Positions 51,563-59,539 of a stretch of DNA of 64,000 nt are shown piece after piece. The stretch is taken from assembly GCA_963663895.2 (NCBI GenBank), contig CAXXRD010000001.1, positions 352,001-416,000 of the forward strand, read 5' to 3'. How positions within the stretch are numbered: position 1 is the stretch's first letter; every line of letters begins with the position of its first letter. The notes under the pieces were generated by a model. That model ran no database searches. It saw nothing but the letters and a program-made list of their open reading frames with translations, and had not been told where the DNA came from. This DNA comes from Dehalococcoidia bacterium. GTDB lineage: Bacteria; Chloroflexota; Dehalococcoidia; Bin125. Both the position numbers and the translations under genes were made by a program.

Positions 51563-52702
51563 ATGCCTCTGCCGATGACCCGTCTCCCTCTGCTTGCCGC
51601 CATCGCGGCGACGGTCGTGGCGATCGCGGCGGCGGGCGCGCTCACGAACGCGACCGGACAGTCGCAAGCGCTGGACAGAGCTGTGCCGCGCAGCGACGGG
51701 CAGCTGCTCGTCAGCGAATTCGGCGAGCACGAGAGCACGCTCTTCCTCGTCGACCCCAGGTACCCCGCGGCGCGGCGAGAGTTCGGGCGCGTGCCGCACG
51801 CGCCGGGCTGGGAGTTGGTGGGCGCCGTTTCGCCGAGCGGCGACGCGTTCGCGTACCTCGTACTACCGCCGGGCGCCGGGGATCCCGCGCGGGAGATGGC
51901 CCTGATCCTGCGCACAGCGAGCGAAGCACGCTTCCTTGCCGCCGGCTTCGATATCGGAGGGGGGGTGCTCTGGAGCAGGGACGGGGAATCGCTATTCCTG
52001 CGGCGATCCGGGGAGGATGACCGGCCGGCGCAACGGATCGTGCAGATCGATGCCGGCACAGGCCTCGAAACGCCGCGCTTCCAAGGCCGGGACTCCCTCG
52101 GGGTGTACCCCGTCGCGAAGCCGCCGGCGGGACCGTTGTACATCGCGCTGATCGATCCCGGCGGCAGCGCCCTGCTGGCGATCGGCGACGACGGCCGGGT
52201 GCAGCGAACCCTCAAGTTATCCGGCAGCGCCACGCGCGACTGGACGCTCTCTCCGGACGGGTCACGGCTCGCGTACACCGAGCAGCGCGGACTGCAGCTC
52301 AACGTGCGGGTCCTGTCGCTGGCCGGCGCCCCACCCACCCTGGCCAGCGCCGCCTACCGCGACGACGGATTTGGGGACGCGCAGACGAGTGGTGGATCGG
52401 CGGCGCCGGTCTGGCATCCCGACGGCTCGCTCAGCCTGGGAACGTTCCAGCGCGCCGCGAGCGGCGCGCTTCACGTGGCCGCGGCCCGTACCTCCGCACT
52501 CGACGGGCAACCCCGCGACGGGTTCGCGCTGCCCGTGGCCTGGTCCGAGGACGGCGCCCACCTGGCGCTGCGGGCGTTCAGCGGAAGCGGGCCGGGCGCG
52601 GTGGGCGAGGAGAAGGCAGCGGTGATGGGGCCGGACGGACGTCTCCAGGCGATCGAAGGACGGTTCGTGAGCGTACTCGGCTGGTGGTATGGGGCGGATT
52701 AG
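51563..52702 (+). CDS. Exported TolB-like beta-propeller protein
   Basis: Signal peptide; repeats VSPSG, WSRDG, LSPDGSRLAY, WHPDG, WSEDG. Confidence 0.7.
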   Translation: MPLPMTRLPLLAAIAATVVAIAAAGALTNATGQSQALDRAVPRSDGQLLVSEFGEHESTLFLVDPRYPAARREFGRVPHAPGWELVGAVSPSGDAFAYLVLPPGAGDPAREMALILRTASEARFLAAGFDIGGGVLWSRDGESLFLRRSGEDDRPAQRIVQIDAGTGLETPRFQGRDSLGVYPVAKPPAGPLYIALIDPGGSALLAIGDDGRVQRTLKLSGSATRDWTLSPDGSRLAYTEQRGLQLNVRVLSLAGAPPTLASAAYRDDGFGDAQTSGGSAAPVWHPDGSLSLGTFQRAASGALHVAAARTSALDGQPRDGFALPVAWSEDGAHLALRAFSGSGPGAVGEEKAAVMGPDGRLQAIEGRFVSVLGWWYGAD

Positions 52703-54083
52703 CCGGGCCTGGCTCGTCCGGACGGCCGTGGTGGGGCCGATCGTCCTCGCGGCGGCCTGGATCGCGGCGGACGCGAGCGGAGGCGAACGCGCCCAAGCCG
52801 GATGCTTGTTCGGCGCCGGCCCGCCCTTCGCCTTTCAGGGCTACGAGGGACCGCAGGATCGCGAGCGCTTTCTGCTGGCGCAGCAGCTGGCGGCGACCAA
52901 CCAGCTATTCCCGGAAAGCGAGAGCTTCGCGCTGCCGGAGATCCTGGCCGGGAGCGCGGAGGCCCGCGCGCCGCGGCCCGGAGCGACCATCCCGACCGCG
53001 CTGCTGCACGCGATCGGCTGGATCGAGAGCAAGACCACGCACACGGCGAGGGAAGTGCATTGGCAGTCCATCGGGGACGTGCTGCTGTCGCCGGATTGCG
53101 GCTACGGCGTCATGCAAGTGACGTCCTATTTCGACAACGACGGCGATCCGCCCAGCCGCAACGAGACCCTGGTTGGTACGCACTACGCCTACAACACCGC
53201 CACCGGGGCCCAAATCTTGGTGGAGAAGTGGAACGACCAGTTCTTCCCCATCGTAGGACTCGGCGAGCCGGCATTCGTCGAGTCCTGGTACTACGCGCTC
53301 TGGGGCTACAACGGCTGGGACTTCCGCAACCACCCCGCGGGAACGGAGACGGATCCCTTCCGCACGCTGCCCTTCCCGTGTGACGGGCCGCGCAACGGCT
53401 ACGCCTACCAGGAGCTCGTGCTGGGGTGCGTGCAATCGCCGCCGGCGCTTGGCGGCGAACCGCTGTGGCAGGAAAAGCCGGTGCAGCTCCCCGATCTCGA
53501 CAGCCTCTCGGCGGCGGGCGGACCGTTGGATCCGGCCGTGTACTTCGCGGGTTGGAACGCCATCCGCCAGTCGCCCTTCGGCGCTGAGCACCCCCATCCC
53601 TTCCTCGCCATGGCGATGCCGCTGCCGCCGGACGCGCTGCCGGTGGACGAGACGGCCTTGCCGGGGCCGGCGGCGCTGGCCGTGCGGGAGGCGATTCTCG
53701 GCGATCCGCGCTTGGACTTGGAGACCGCCAATGTGACTCTCACGCCGAGCGGCAACCGCATGACGGCCACGATCACCGTGGCCAACGCCGGGTCGGGCCT
53801 GCTGGTCTACCGGGCGGAGACGGATGCGCCCTGGCTCGGTCTCGACGTGCAGGCCGGCGTCGCGGCCGGCATGGATGTCCCCTTCCGGGCCGGGGAACCC
53901 CTGTCGGCGACGATCACGCTCGTCGCCGACAGAGCCGCCATCCCGGCCGGCACGCTGGGAGCGACCGTGACGATCGAGGCGCTGCTCCCCAACGGCGACG
54001 TCTTGAGGCGCCACGTTCGGGTCAACGTAGTAGAAGTGACCCAGGAGATTCCCGCCTACGAAGCGGGACAGCCGCAGAGCTAG
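52689..54083 (+). CDS. Exported protein with lysozyme-like/SLT transglycosylase domain and C-terminal BACON/Ig-like domain
   Basis: LLHAIGWIES (catalytic E), GYGVMQV, YN...GAQIL, ALWGYNG; C-terminal VANAGSGLL...PWL. Confidence 0.7.
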   Translation: MGRISRAWLVRTAVVGPIVLAAAWIAADASGGERAQAGCLFGAGPPFAFQGYEGPQDRERFLLAQQLAATNQLFPESESFALPEILAGSAEARAPRPGATIPTALLHAIGWIESKTTHTAREVHWQSIGDVLLSPDCGYGVMQVTSYFDNDGDPPSRNETLVGTHYAYNTATGAQILVEKWNDQFFPIVGLGEPAFVESWYYALWGYNGWDFRNHPAGTETDPFRTLPFPCDGPRNGYAYQELVLGCVQSPPALGGEPLWQEKPVQLPDLDSLSAAGGPLDPAVYFAGWNAIRQSPFGAEHPHPFLAMAMPLPPDALPVDETALPGPAALAVREAILGDPRLDLETANVTLTPSGNRMTATITVANAGSGLLVYRAETDAPWLGLDVQAGVAAGMDVPFRAGEPLSATITLVADRAAIPAGTLGATVTIEALLPNGDVLRRHVRVNVVEVTQEIPAYEAGQPQS

Positions 54084-54105
54084 CGAGTTGGCGAAGGGAC
54101 TCGAA

Positions 54106-54609
54106 ATGGGCGTGCTGGCAATGATCGGCGCAATGATCGGCAAGGTGCGGCGCAACCATGCGCTCGAGCACGCCACGATCGCCGTCCTGCTCGCGCGGCA
54201 CGGGCTCGGGCTGCAGCTCGCGGGACATGCGGCGCCCGGCGGTTTCTACATCAGCGGGAACGTGACGGCCGCGCAGGTCGGCAGCGCCGCGGAGGAGGCG
54301 CTGGTCCGGCTGCAGGGCGGCGAGCGGCACCTGGCGCTGTCGCCGCTGTGCGGGACGAACATCGTCCTCGGCGGCGGGCTGGCGGGCCTGGCCTCGTTGG
54401 CGGTCCTGGGAAGCGGGGATCGCCGGCAGCGCTGGCCGGACGTGCTGGCCGCGGCGATCGCCGCCGCGCTCGCCGCGCAGCTGTTCGGCCGCTACGCGCA
54501 ACGCTTCGTGACGACCTCCGCCGATCTGCAGGGACTGCGCATCACGGGCACGGGCGAGCGCCGCTACGGCAGATGGCGGCGGATCAAGGTAGAGACGCGC
54601 AGCGAGTAA
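54106..54609 (+). CDS. Conserved hypothetical membrane protein (DUF6391-like)
   Basis: RRNHALEHATI, LSPLCGTN, two hydrophobic helices. Confidence 0.7.
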   Translation: MGVLAMIGAMIGKVRRNHALEHATIAVLLARHGLGLQLAGHAAPGGFYISGNVTAAQVGSAAEEALVRLQGGERHLALSPLCGTNIVLGGGLAGLASLAVLGSGDRRQRWPDVLAAAIAAALAAQLFGRYAQRFVTTSADLQGLRITGTGERRYGRWRRIKVETRSE

Positions 54610-54624
54610 GCTACAAGCGGACGC

Positions 54625-54701
54625 GCCCCCGTAGCTCAACTGGATAGAGCCGCGGCGTTCTAATCCGCAGGTTGCAGGTTCGAGTCCTGCCGGGGGTACC
54701 A
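54625..54701 (+). tRNA. tRNA-Arg (anticodon TCT)
   Basis: Acceptor GCCCCCG/CGGGGGT-A-CCA; D arm GCTC-AACTGGATA-GAGC with A20; anticodon loop GTTCTAA; T arm GCAGG-TTCGAGT-CCTGC. Confidence 0.95.
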
Positions 54702-54810
54702 CGACCCAGCGGATGTCGCCAGGCGCGATGGGGGCTTATATAGGCCCCCTTAAGTTGCGGCGTTTTCAATGATGCGGTATCAATTGAGATCCAGTTGGAG
54801 GAGGCAGGCC

Positions 54811-57390
54811 ATGCTGAAGTCGAACGTGCGTTCTGGGGGGGGGGGGGGGGGGGGTACTAGAGCCCTACTAGCTCTCCTATCCGTGGGGCTGCTGGCGCTC
54901 TGCGCGGCCGTTTTCGCCGCGAATGCGCCGTCCGCCGGGGCGCAGTCCCCGTCTGATCCGTCCGGCCAAGTCTGCCCCCCGCACGTCCCGCCCTTCCCCG
55001 CCCTCCCGTGCTTCGACCTCGACGACAGGACGGGCGGCACCCCCATTGACGACGACAGCAGGAACACGCTCAACGAGATCAACGAGAATCTGAGGAGGGA
55101 GCGGGGCGGCAATTGGGGCCTGCCGTCCGTCGCGCCGGCGGACCCCGGGTCCGTCGTGAGCCTCGCCGCGCCCGCGAACCTGAGCGTGACGCCCGGCGAG
55201 GGCTACCTCGACATCTCCTGGGACGCCGTGAGCGGCGCGACCGGCTACGACGTGCAGGCCCAGACGGCCGGCAGCTCGTCCTGGCACGACGCGGCGCAGG
55301 TGACGGGCACGTCCCACCGCTACACCACGAGCGCGACGATCGACCACGTGCGCGTGCGCGCCCGCGACAACTCGGGCGTGAGCAACTGGGCGCAGGTCTC
55401 GCGGCTGCCGGCGGCGGACTGGCTGACGACCGTCCAGCCGGCGGGCGGGGCCAGCGCCTCCAGCACGGGCGGCTCCACCGCCTCGCTGCTCGCCGCGCCC
55501 GCGTCGATCACGGTGACGCGCGACAATATGAGCACCTCTCGCGATGAACGATTGACCATCAGCTGGGCGGCGGTGGCTGGCGCGGACGGCTACAACCTCA
55601 CCTGCTCCGGCAGGAGCGGCTGGAGCTGGTGGGAATGCGGCTCGACGGACTCCGGCTCCGTCACCACCCTGACGGTGGATAGGGCCGAGACGACCCGCCT
55701 GGGCTATATCGTCTCCTACATGGTCGCCGTGCGCGCGGTCACCAACAATCCAGATCAGGCCAGCGATTGGACCATCTCGGTGGACGCGCACCCAGCCCTC
55801 CAGCCCAAGAACCTTGCGGTCTCACGCTCTGCCGGCTCCATCTCGGTTTCATGGACTCAGCCCCGGTATTCCACGGGCTACGAAATCGAGTGCGCCACGC
55901 GCGAAGATGGCGTCACGGGCACGTACCGAGCCTGCGCTGACGTTGAAACGGCGACCCTGGGCAGCGACCGCCGGGTCACTGCCACACTCACCTCGTGGAC
56001 GGTTGGCGGGACCACCTACACCGTTGACGACAGCAAGACCTACGACCTGGCCGTCAGGACCACGAACGCCTGGGGGAACTCGCCCTGGCGGTTGGCGCCG
56101 CTGATCCATCCCAACACGTCTCTGACCGCGAGCAATGTCAGCGACGATTCGGCGACGCTGACCATCACCCACCACACGGGCGCCTGGTACTACCGGCACA
56201 CGGGCGCGGGCGCCACCTGCCAGGGCCCGGTCAGCGGGACGAGTCAGAACATCACCAGCCTGACAGGGGGTACGACCCACACCTACTCGGCCTACAGCGA
56301 CAGCACATGCTCGACGCTGCTGGCCACGGCGACGCCGTTCACCACGCACGTGGCGGTGGACAACCTGGACAAGGCAACCTACCAATACAACTGCCCGGTC
56401 TCCGGGAACACTCGCTGCGCCGTGGCATTCACCACCGGCTCGAATGCGAGCGGCTACACGCTGACCGCGATCACCGCCAGGTTCGCGGCCACGCTCGACC
56501 CGAACGACGCCCTGGGTGACCTCATCGCGACGATCCACCCCGATGAATCCGGCAGGCCAGACACCCGCTCGACTCTGGCGACTTTGACGGTAGAAAGCAA
56601 CCCAGTGGCAGCGGGCGACTACCGGTTCGCCTGTGCTGGAAACGGCTGCACTCTGTCGCCGAACACGACCTACTTTGTCATGTTCAATGCAACCGCGGGC
56701 AGTTCGAACAGCGAGCGTTACAACTGGGAGAGCACCGAGAACAACGACGAAAACCTGAATCCCACTGGCAACGGCTGGACGCTGGCGGACGGAACCGACG
56801 CCCAACAAGTCATCACCTGGCAGCCGGAGTACTCCGACACGGGCAAGCTCAAGATCACGGCCCGGCTCAATCCGTCACTCACCTCCTCCAGCGTCACCGC
56901 CACGACGGCGACGCTGACCATCGCCGACCACCACGACGCGTGGTACTACAAGGCGACGAGCGGGCCGCACACGACCTGCCAGGGGCCCGTGGCGGCGAGC
57001 GCGAGCAACGCGAGCCTGACCGGCCTGAGCGCGGCCACGTCGTACACCTACTCGGCCTACAGCGACAGCGCATGCACGAACGCCAACCTGCTGGCGACGG
57101 CGGCGGCGTTCACGACCACGCTCCCCGCGCCGACGGGCCTGAACCTGAGCTTCGACAGCGGGGCTGTCAAGATGAAGGCCACCTGGAGCAAGCCGTCCGG
57201 CGTGACCGGCGCCGTGAGCTACGAGGTGGAGCACGCGGACAACAACACCAGCAACCCCTACGGGAACCGCACGACCATCGCGGCCACCAGCGCCACCACT
57301 GTGACGCACCACTTCAACAACACGCTGACCGTCAAGTTCCGCGTGCGCGCAAAGGTCGGCAACGTGACCAGCGCCTGGGCGGAGCGCTAA
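54811..57390 (+). CDS. Large secreted fibronectin type III / beta-sandwich repeat surface protein
   Basis: GGAGG then ATG 54811; signal-peptide-like hydrophobic stretch; FN3-like units (ISWDAVSGATGYDVQ, ISWAAVAGADGYNL, VSWTQPRYSTGYEI); two copies of ATLTI..H..AWYY...TCQGPV...YSAYSDS.C. Confidence 0.85.
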   Translation: MLKSNVRSGGGGGGGTRALLALLSVGLLALCAAVFAANAPSAGAQSPSDPSGQVCPPHVPPFPALPCFDLDDRTGGTPIDDDSRNTLNEINENLRRERGGNWGLPSVAPADPGSVVSLAAPANLSVTPGEGYLDISWDAVSGATGYDVQAQTAGSSSWHDAAQVTGTSHRYTTSATIDHVRVRARDNSGVSNWAQVSRLPAADWLTTVQPAGGASASSTGGSTASLLAAPASITVTRDNMSTSRDERLTISWAAVAGADGYNLTCSGRSGWSWWECGSTDSGSVTTLTVDRAETTRLGYIVSYMVAVRAVTNNPDQASDWTISVDAHPALQPKNLAVSRSAGSISVSWTQPRYSTGYEIECATREDGVTGTYRACADVETATLGSDRRVTATLTSWTVGGTTYTVDDSKTYDLAVRTTNAWGNSPWRLAPLIHPNTSLTASNVSDDSATLTITHHTGAWYYRHTGAGATCQGPVSGTSQNITSLTGGTTHTYSAYSDSTCSTLLATATPFTTHVAVDNLDKATYQYNCPVSGNTRCAVAFTTGSNASGYTLTAITARFAATLDPNDALGDLIATIHPDESGRPDTRSTLATLTVESNPVAAGDYRFACAGNGCTLSPNTTYFVMFNATAGSSNSERYNWESTENNDENLNPTGNGWTLADGTDAQQVITWQPEYSDTGKLKITARLNPSLTSSSVTATTATLTIADHHDAWYYKATSGPHTTCQGPVAASASNASLTGLSAATSYTYSAYSDSACTNANLLATAAAFTTTLPAPTGLNLSFDSGAVKMKATWSKPSGVTGAVSYEVEHADNNTSNPYGNRTTIAATSATTVTHHFNNTLTVKFRVRAKVGNVTSAWAER
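54835..54854 (+). repeat. Poly-G homopolymer (G20) inside the 5' end of the surface-protein gene
   Basis: 20 consecutive G, 24 nt after the ATG. Confidence 0.95.
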
Positions 57391-57400
57391 CTCGCCGCCC

Positions 57401-57469
57401 GTCAAGTTCCGCGTGCGGGCGAAGATCGGCGACGTGACCAGCGCCTGGATGGAGTACGTGTCGCCCTAG
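57401..57469 (+). pseudogene. Orphan alternative C-terminus of the surface protein (VKFRVRAKIGDVTSAWMEYVSP*)
   Basis: Diverged direct repeat of gene end 57331-57390 (VKFRVRAKVGNVTSAWAER*), offset 70 bp, no start codon. Confidence 0.85.
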
Positions 57470-57512
57470 CAACGGGCACGCCGAGGAGCGTCTGCCGAAC
57501 GAGAGTCGAGCG

Positions 57513-57632
57513 CGAGGCGGGTGAGTGGGCCGAGTACCACAACAGCGTGGCCTTGCGGATCAAGGTGACGGCGGAGTAACGGGCGCGGACAGCGCTTGCA
57601 CGTCCGGCGGTCCGCGGACGCGCGACGCCGAA
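57513..57632 (+). repeat. Direct repeat A, copy 1 (~120 bp; encodes EAGEWAEYHNSVALRIKVTAE* plus downstream sequence)
   Basis: Near-identical to 58405-58524. Confidence 0.9.
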
Positions 57633-57678
57633 GTAGCGCGCTGGTCCTCGGGGAGCGCGCGCGGGCGCGGGGATCAGC

Positions 57679-57969
57679 CTACCGCTGCGTGCGGACTGCC
57701 TTCTGCACGTGCTCGCGGAGGGCGCGGTTGATGTTGGTCTGGTAGCCGCGACCGCCGGCGGTCTGCTCCTTGAACCAGGCGATCACGTCGGCGTCGATTC
57801 TGAGCGTGATCTGCTGCTTGACCGGGCGGTAGAACTTGCCCCGCACCGCGCCGATCCAGTCGGTGGTCTCGGGGATATCGCTGAGGTCGATATCTTCGTC
57901 CGCCAGTTCGTCCAGCGCCGACAGTTCCTGCTGGACCTTCAGCGGCAGCTCATCGAATTCCTTCTTCAT
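57679..57969 (-). CDS. brnA: BrnA-family antitoxin
   Basis: DIDLSDIPE, YRPVKQQITLRIDADVIAWFK, GYQTNINRALR. Confidence 0.92.
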   Translation of the reverse strand: MKKEFDELPLKVQQELSALDELADEDIDLSDIPETTDWIGAVRGKFYRPVKQQITLRIDADVIAWFKEQTAGGRGYQTNINRALREHVQKAVRTQR

Positions 57970-58252
57970 ATGCCATCCTTTCGGTCCGGGTCGATTTGCG
58001 AGCCGAGATAATTCGGCCTGGTTTGACGTTCTCCCGCGCCTCATCATCCGGAGCGGTATGGACGACCGTGAGGAAGCGATTGCCGACTACGCCAATGGTC
58101 TTCCAGCGGTCTTTGAAGGGATACGGATCGGGAACTGCCAGAGCCAGTGGATCGTCGAACACCAACTCCGCTGTCTCGAAGCCGAGCCGGTGCTTCCGAA
58201 GGTTGGCAGCTTCCTTTGCGGCATCCCAAGTCCAGCGCAAACTCGGCCCCAT
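57950..58252 (-). CDS. brnT: BrnT-family ribonuclease toxin
   Basis: WDAAKEAANLRKH.LGFE, VVHT, RIISARK; overlaps brnA. Confidence 0.92.
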   Translation of the reverse strand: MGPSLRWTWDAAKEAANLRKHRLGFETAELVFDDPLALAVPDPYPFKDRWKTIGVVGNRFLTVVHTAPDDEARENVKPGRIISARKSTRTERMAYEEGIR

Positions 58253-58258
58253 CCTTCA

Positions 58259-58277
58259 CTACATGAGTGTAGCTACA
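58259..58277. promoter_or_regulatory. Putative BrnA operator
   Basis: CTACA-TGAG-TGTAG (58259-58272) overlapping TGTAGCTACA (58268-58277), just upstream of brnT. Confidence 0.55.
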
Positions 58278-58327
58278 GCCGGCTGCCGCCGTCAAAGCGG
58301 CGATGACGGCGGAGGAGTTGCTGCGGC

Positions 58328-58471
58328 CTGTCCACCACGTTGAGCGACGGGCAGACGCTGACGCCTTCGGGCAACGGCTGGAGCATCGCGGACGCGGCGC
58401 GCTACGAGGCGGGTTCGTGGGCCGAGTACCACAACGGCGCGGCCTTGCGGATCAAGGTGACGGCGGAGTAA
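58328..58471 (+). pseudogene. Orphan C-terminal module fragment paralogous to the surface protein
   Basis: LSTTLSDGQTLTPSGNGWSIADAARYEAGSWAEYHNGAALRIKVTAE* aligns with WESTENNDENLNPTGNGWTLADG...KLKITA (56725-56862). Confidence 0.75.
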
Positions 58472-58524
58472 CGGGCGCGGGCGGCGCTTGCACGTCCGGC
58501 GGTCCGCGGACGCGCGACGCCGAA
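58405..58524 (+). repeat. Direct repeat A, copy 2
   Basis: Near-identical to 57513-57632. Confidence 0.9.
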
Positions 58525-58559
58525 CTGACGCGCGGGCGCGCCCGGCGCCTGGGGGGGCG

Positions 58560-58591
58560 CGTGTCGCCCTAGCAACGGGCACGCCGAGGAG
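58560..58591 (+). repeat. Direct repeat B, copy 2 (copy 1 at 57457-57488)
   Basis: CGTGTCGCCCTAGCAACGGGCACGCCGAGGAG identical in both places. Confidence 0.9.
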
Positions 58592-58889
58592 ATCCGCCGC
58601 CGCACGCGTGAAGTGGCCGGGCTCGCTCTGACGGACGAAGCGCTGGGCTGAGGCCTCATTCTGTCCAGGCGGGACACCGAGGGCAGAGCGTGCGCGACCT
58701 CCACCGCGCTCGGCATAGTGCATAGACGTAAGTGCGTTAGCCAGTACACTGATTAGGGCGGGGTTTGGGGCGGGCCGTGGAGACCTCTACGGATCGAACT
58801 CTTCAACGGGTGGTTGAATCGAACGCACGGTGAGATGTCCTCTCCTGCTGGACGCGCAGCGAGGACCGCACGCTTGGCGCGGGAATGTC

Positions 58890-59465
58890 GTGCTGCAGTG
58901 GCTCGTGCTGAAGGCCGCGTTCTGGGGCATCGGAGCCGCCGTCCTTGTGGGGATCGGGGTCGACTCCAACGAACCGATCGACCTGCGCTTGTTCCAGGCA
59001 CAAACACAGCAACGCACCACCCAAACGGTGACGTTGCCCAACGACCCACCAGCGCTGGCCTCGACACGTAGTCTTCCGGGCCCGCCCGATCCGGCGCCGC
59101 CCCATAGCGGCCCGACGGTGGGGACCGTGACGTGGTACGGGGGACATTGGCTCCTTGATGGCCAACGCACAGCCTGGGGAGAGATCTACGATCCGGACGA
59201 TCCGACGACGGCCGCCACCGCACTGCTTCGCAACGCCGCGGGCGAATGGGTCGTGCCGCTCTGGGAATACAACACGCGGCTACGCGTCTGTCACGAGGAG
59301 CAATGCATCGTCGTGCGGATCACCGACACCTGTCCGGCTTGCTTGAACCCCGAGTACCCGGGTGGCGGAGAGATCCTGCTCGATCTCAGCCGCGCCGCAT
59401 TCCAGGAACTCGTACCCTTGGCGGAGGGCAGAGTGCAAGTGCAGATCACGGTACTGGAGGAGTAG
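58890..59465 (+). CDS. Membrane-anchored RlpA-like double-psi beta-barrel (DPBB) protein
   Basis: N-terminal TM; VTWYG, TAWGEIYD, TTAA, VRITDTCP, LDLSRAAF; start uncertain. Confidence 0.8.
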   Translation: MLQWLVLKAAFWGIGAAVLVGIGVDSNEPIDLRLFQAQTQQRTTQTVTLPNDPPALASTRSLPGPPDPAPPHSGPTVGTVTWYGGHWLLDGQRTAWGEIYDPDDPTTAATALLRNAAGEWVVPLWEYNTRLRVCHEEQCIVVRITDTCPACLNPEYPGGGEILLDLSRAAFQELVPLAEGRVQVQITVLEE

Positions 59466-59539
59466 CAGCGGACGACCCGCCTTGCTGATGGCCGCCACTC
59501 CCGGGAGCCGGCGGAAGCGCTTCGGTGATCGCGGGAGGA

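Noticed and set aside
54730-54749. Hairpin GGGGGCT-TATATA-GGCCCCC after the tRNA as a novel element
   Set aside because: Most simply the tRNA transcript's terminator or processing stem; single copy in the window.
57331-58591. CRISPR array, DGR or invertase shufflon as explanation of the repeats
   Set aside because: Repeats are irregularly spaced, protein-coding-derived and all direct; no cas, reverse transcriptase or recombinase gene nearby, and differences are not adenine-specific.
58592-58889. Possible riboswitch (e.g. c-di-AMP) upstream of the RlpA-like gene
   Set aside because: Could not find the conserved motifs by eye; would need an Rfam scan.
54625-59500. Integrative element or prophage at tRNA-Arg
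   Set aside because: No integrase and no duplicated tRNA 3' end (att site) visible downstream in the window.
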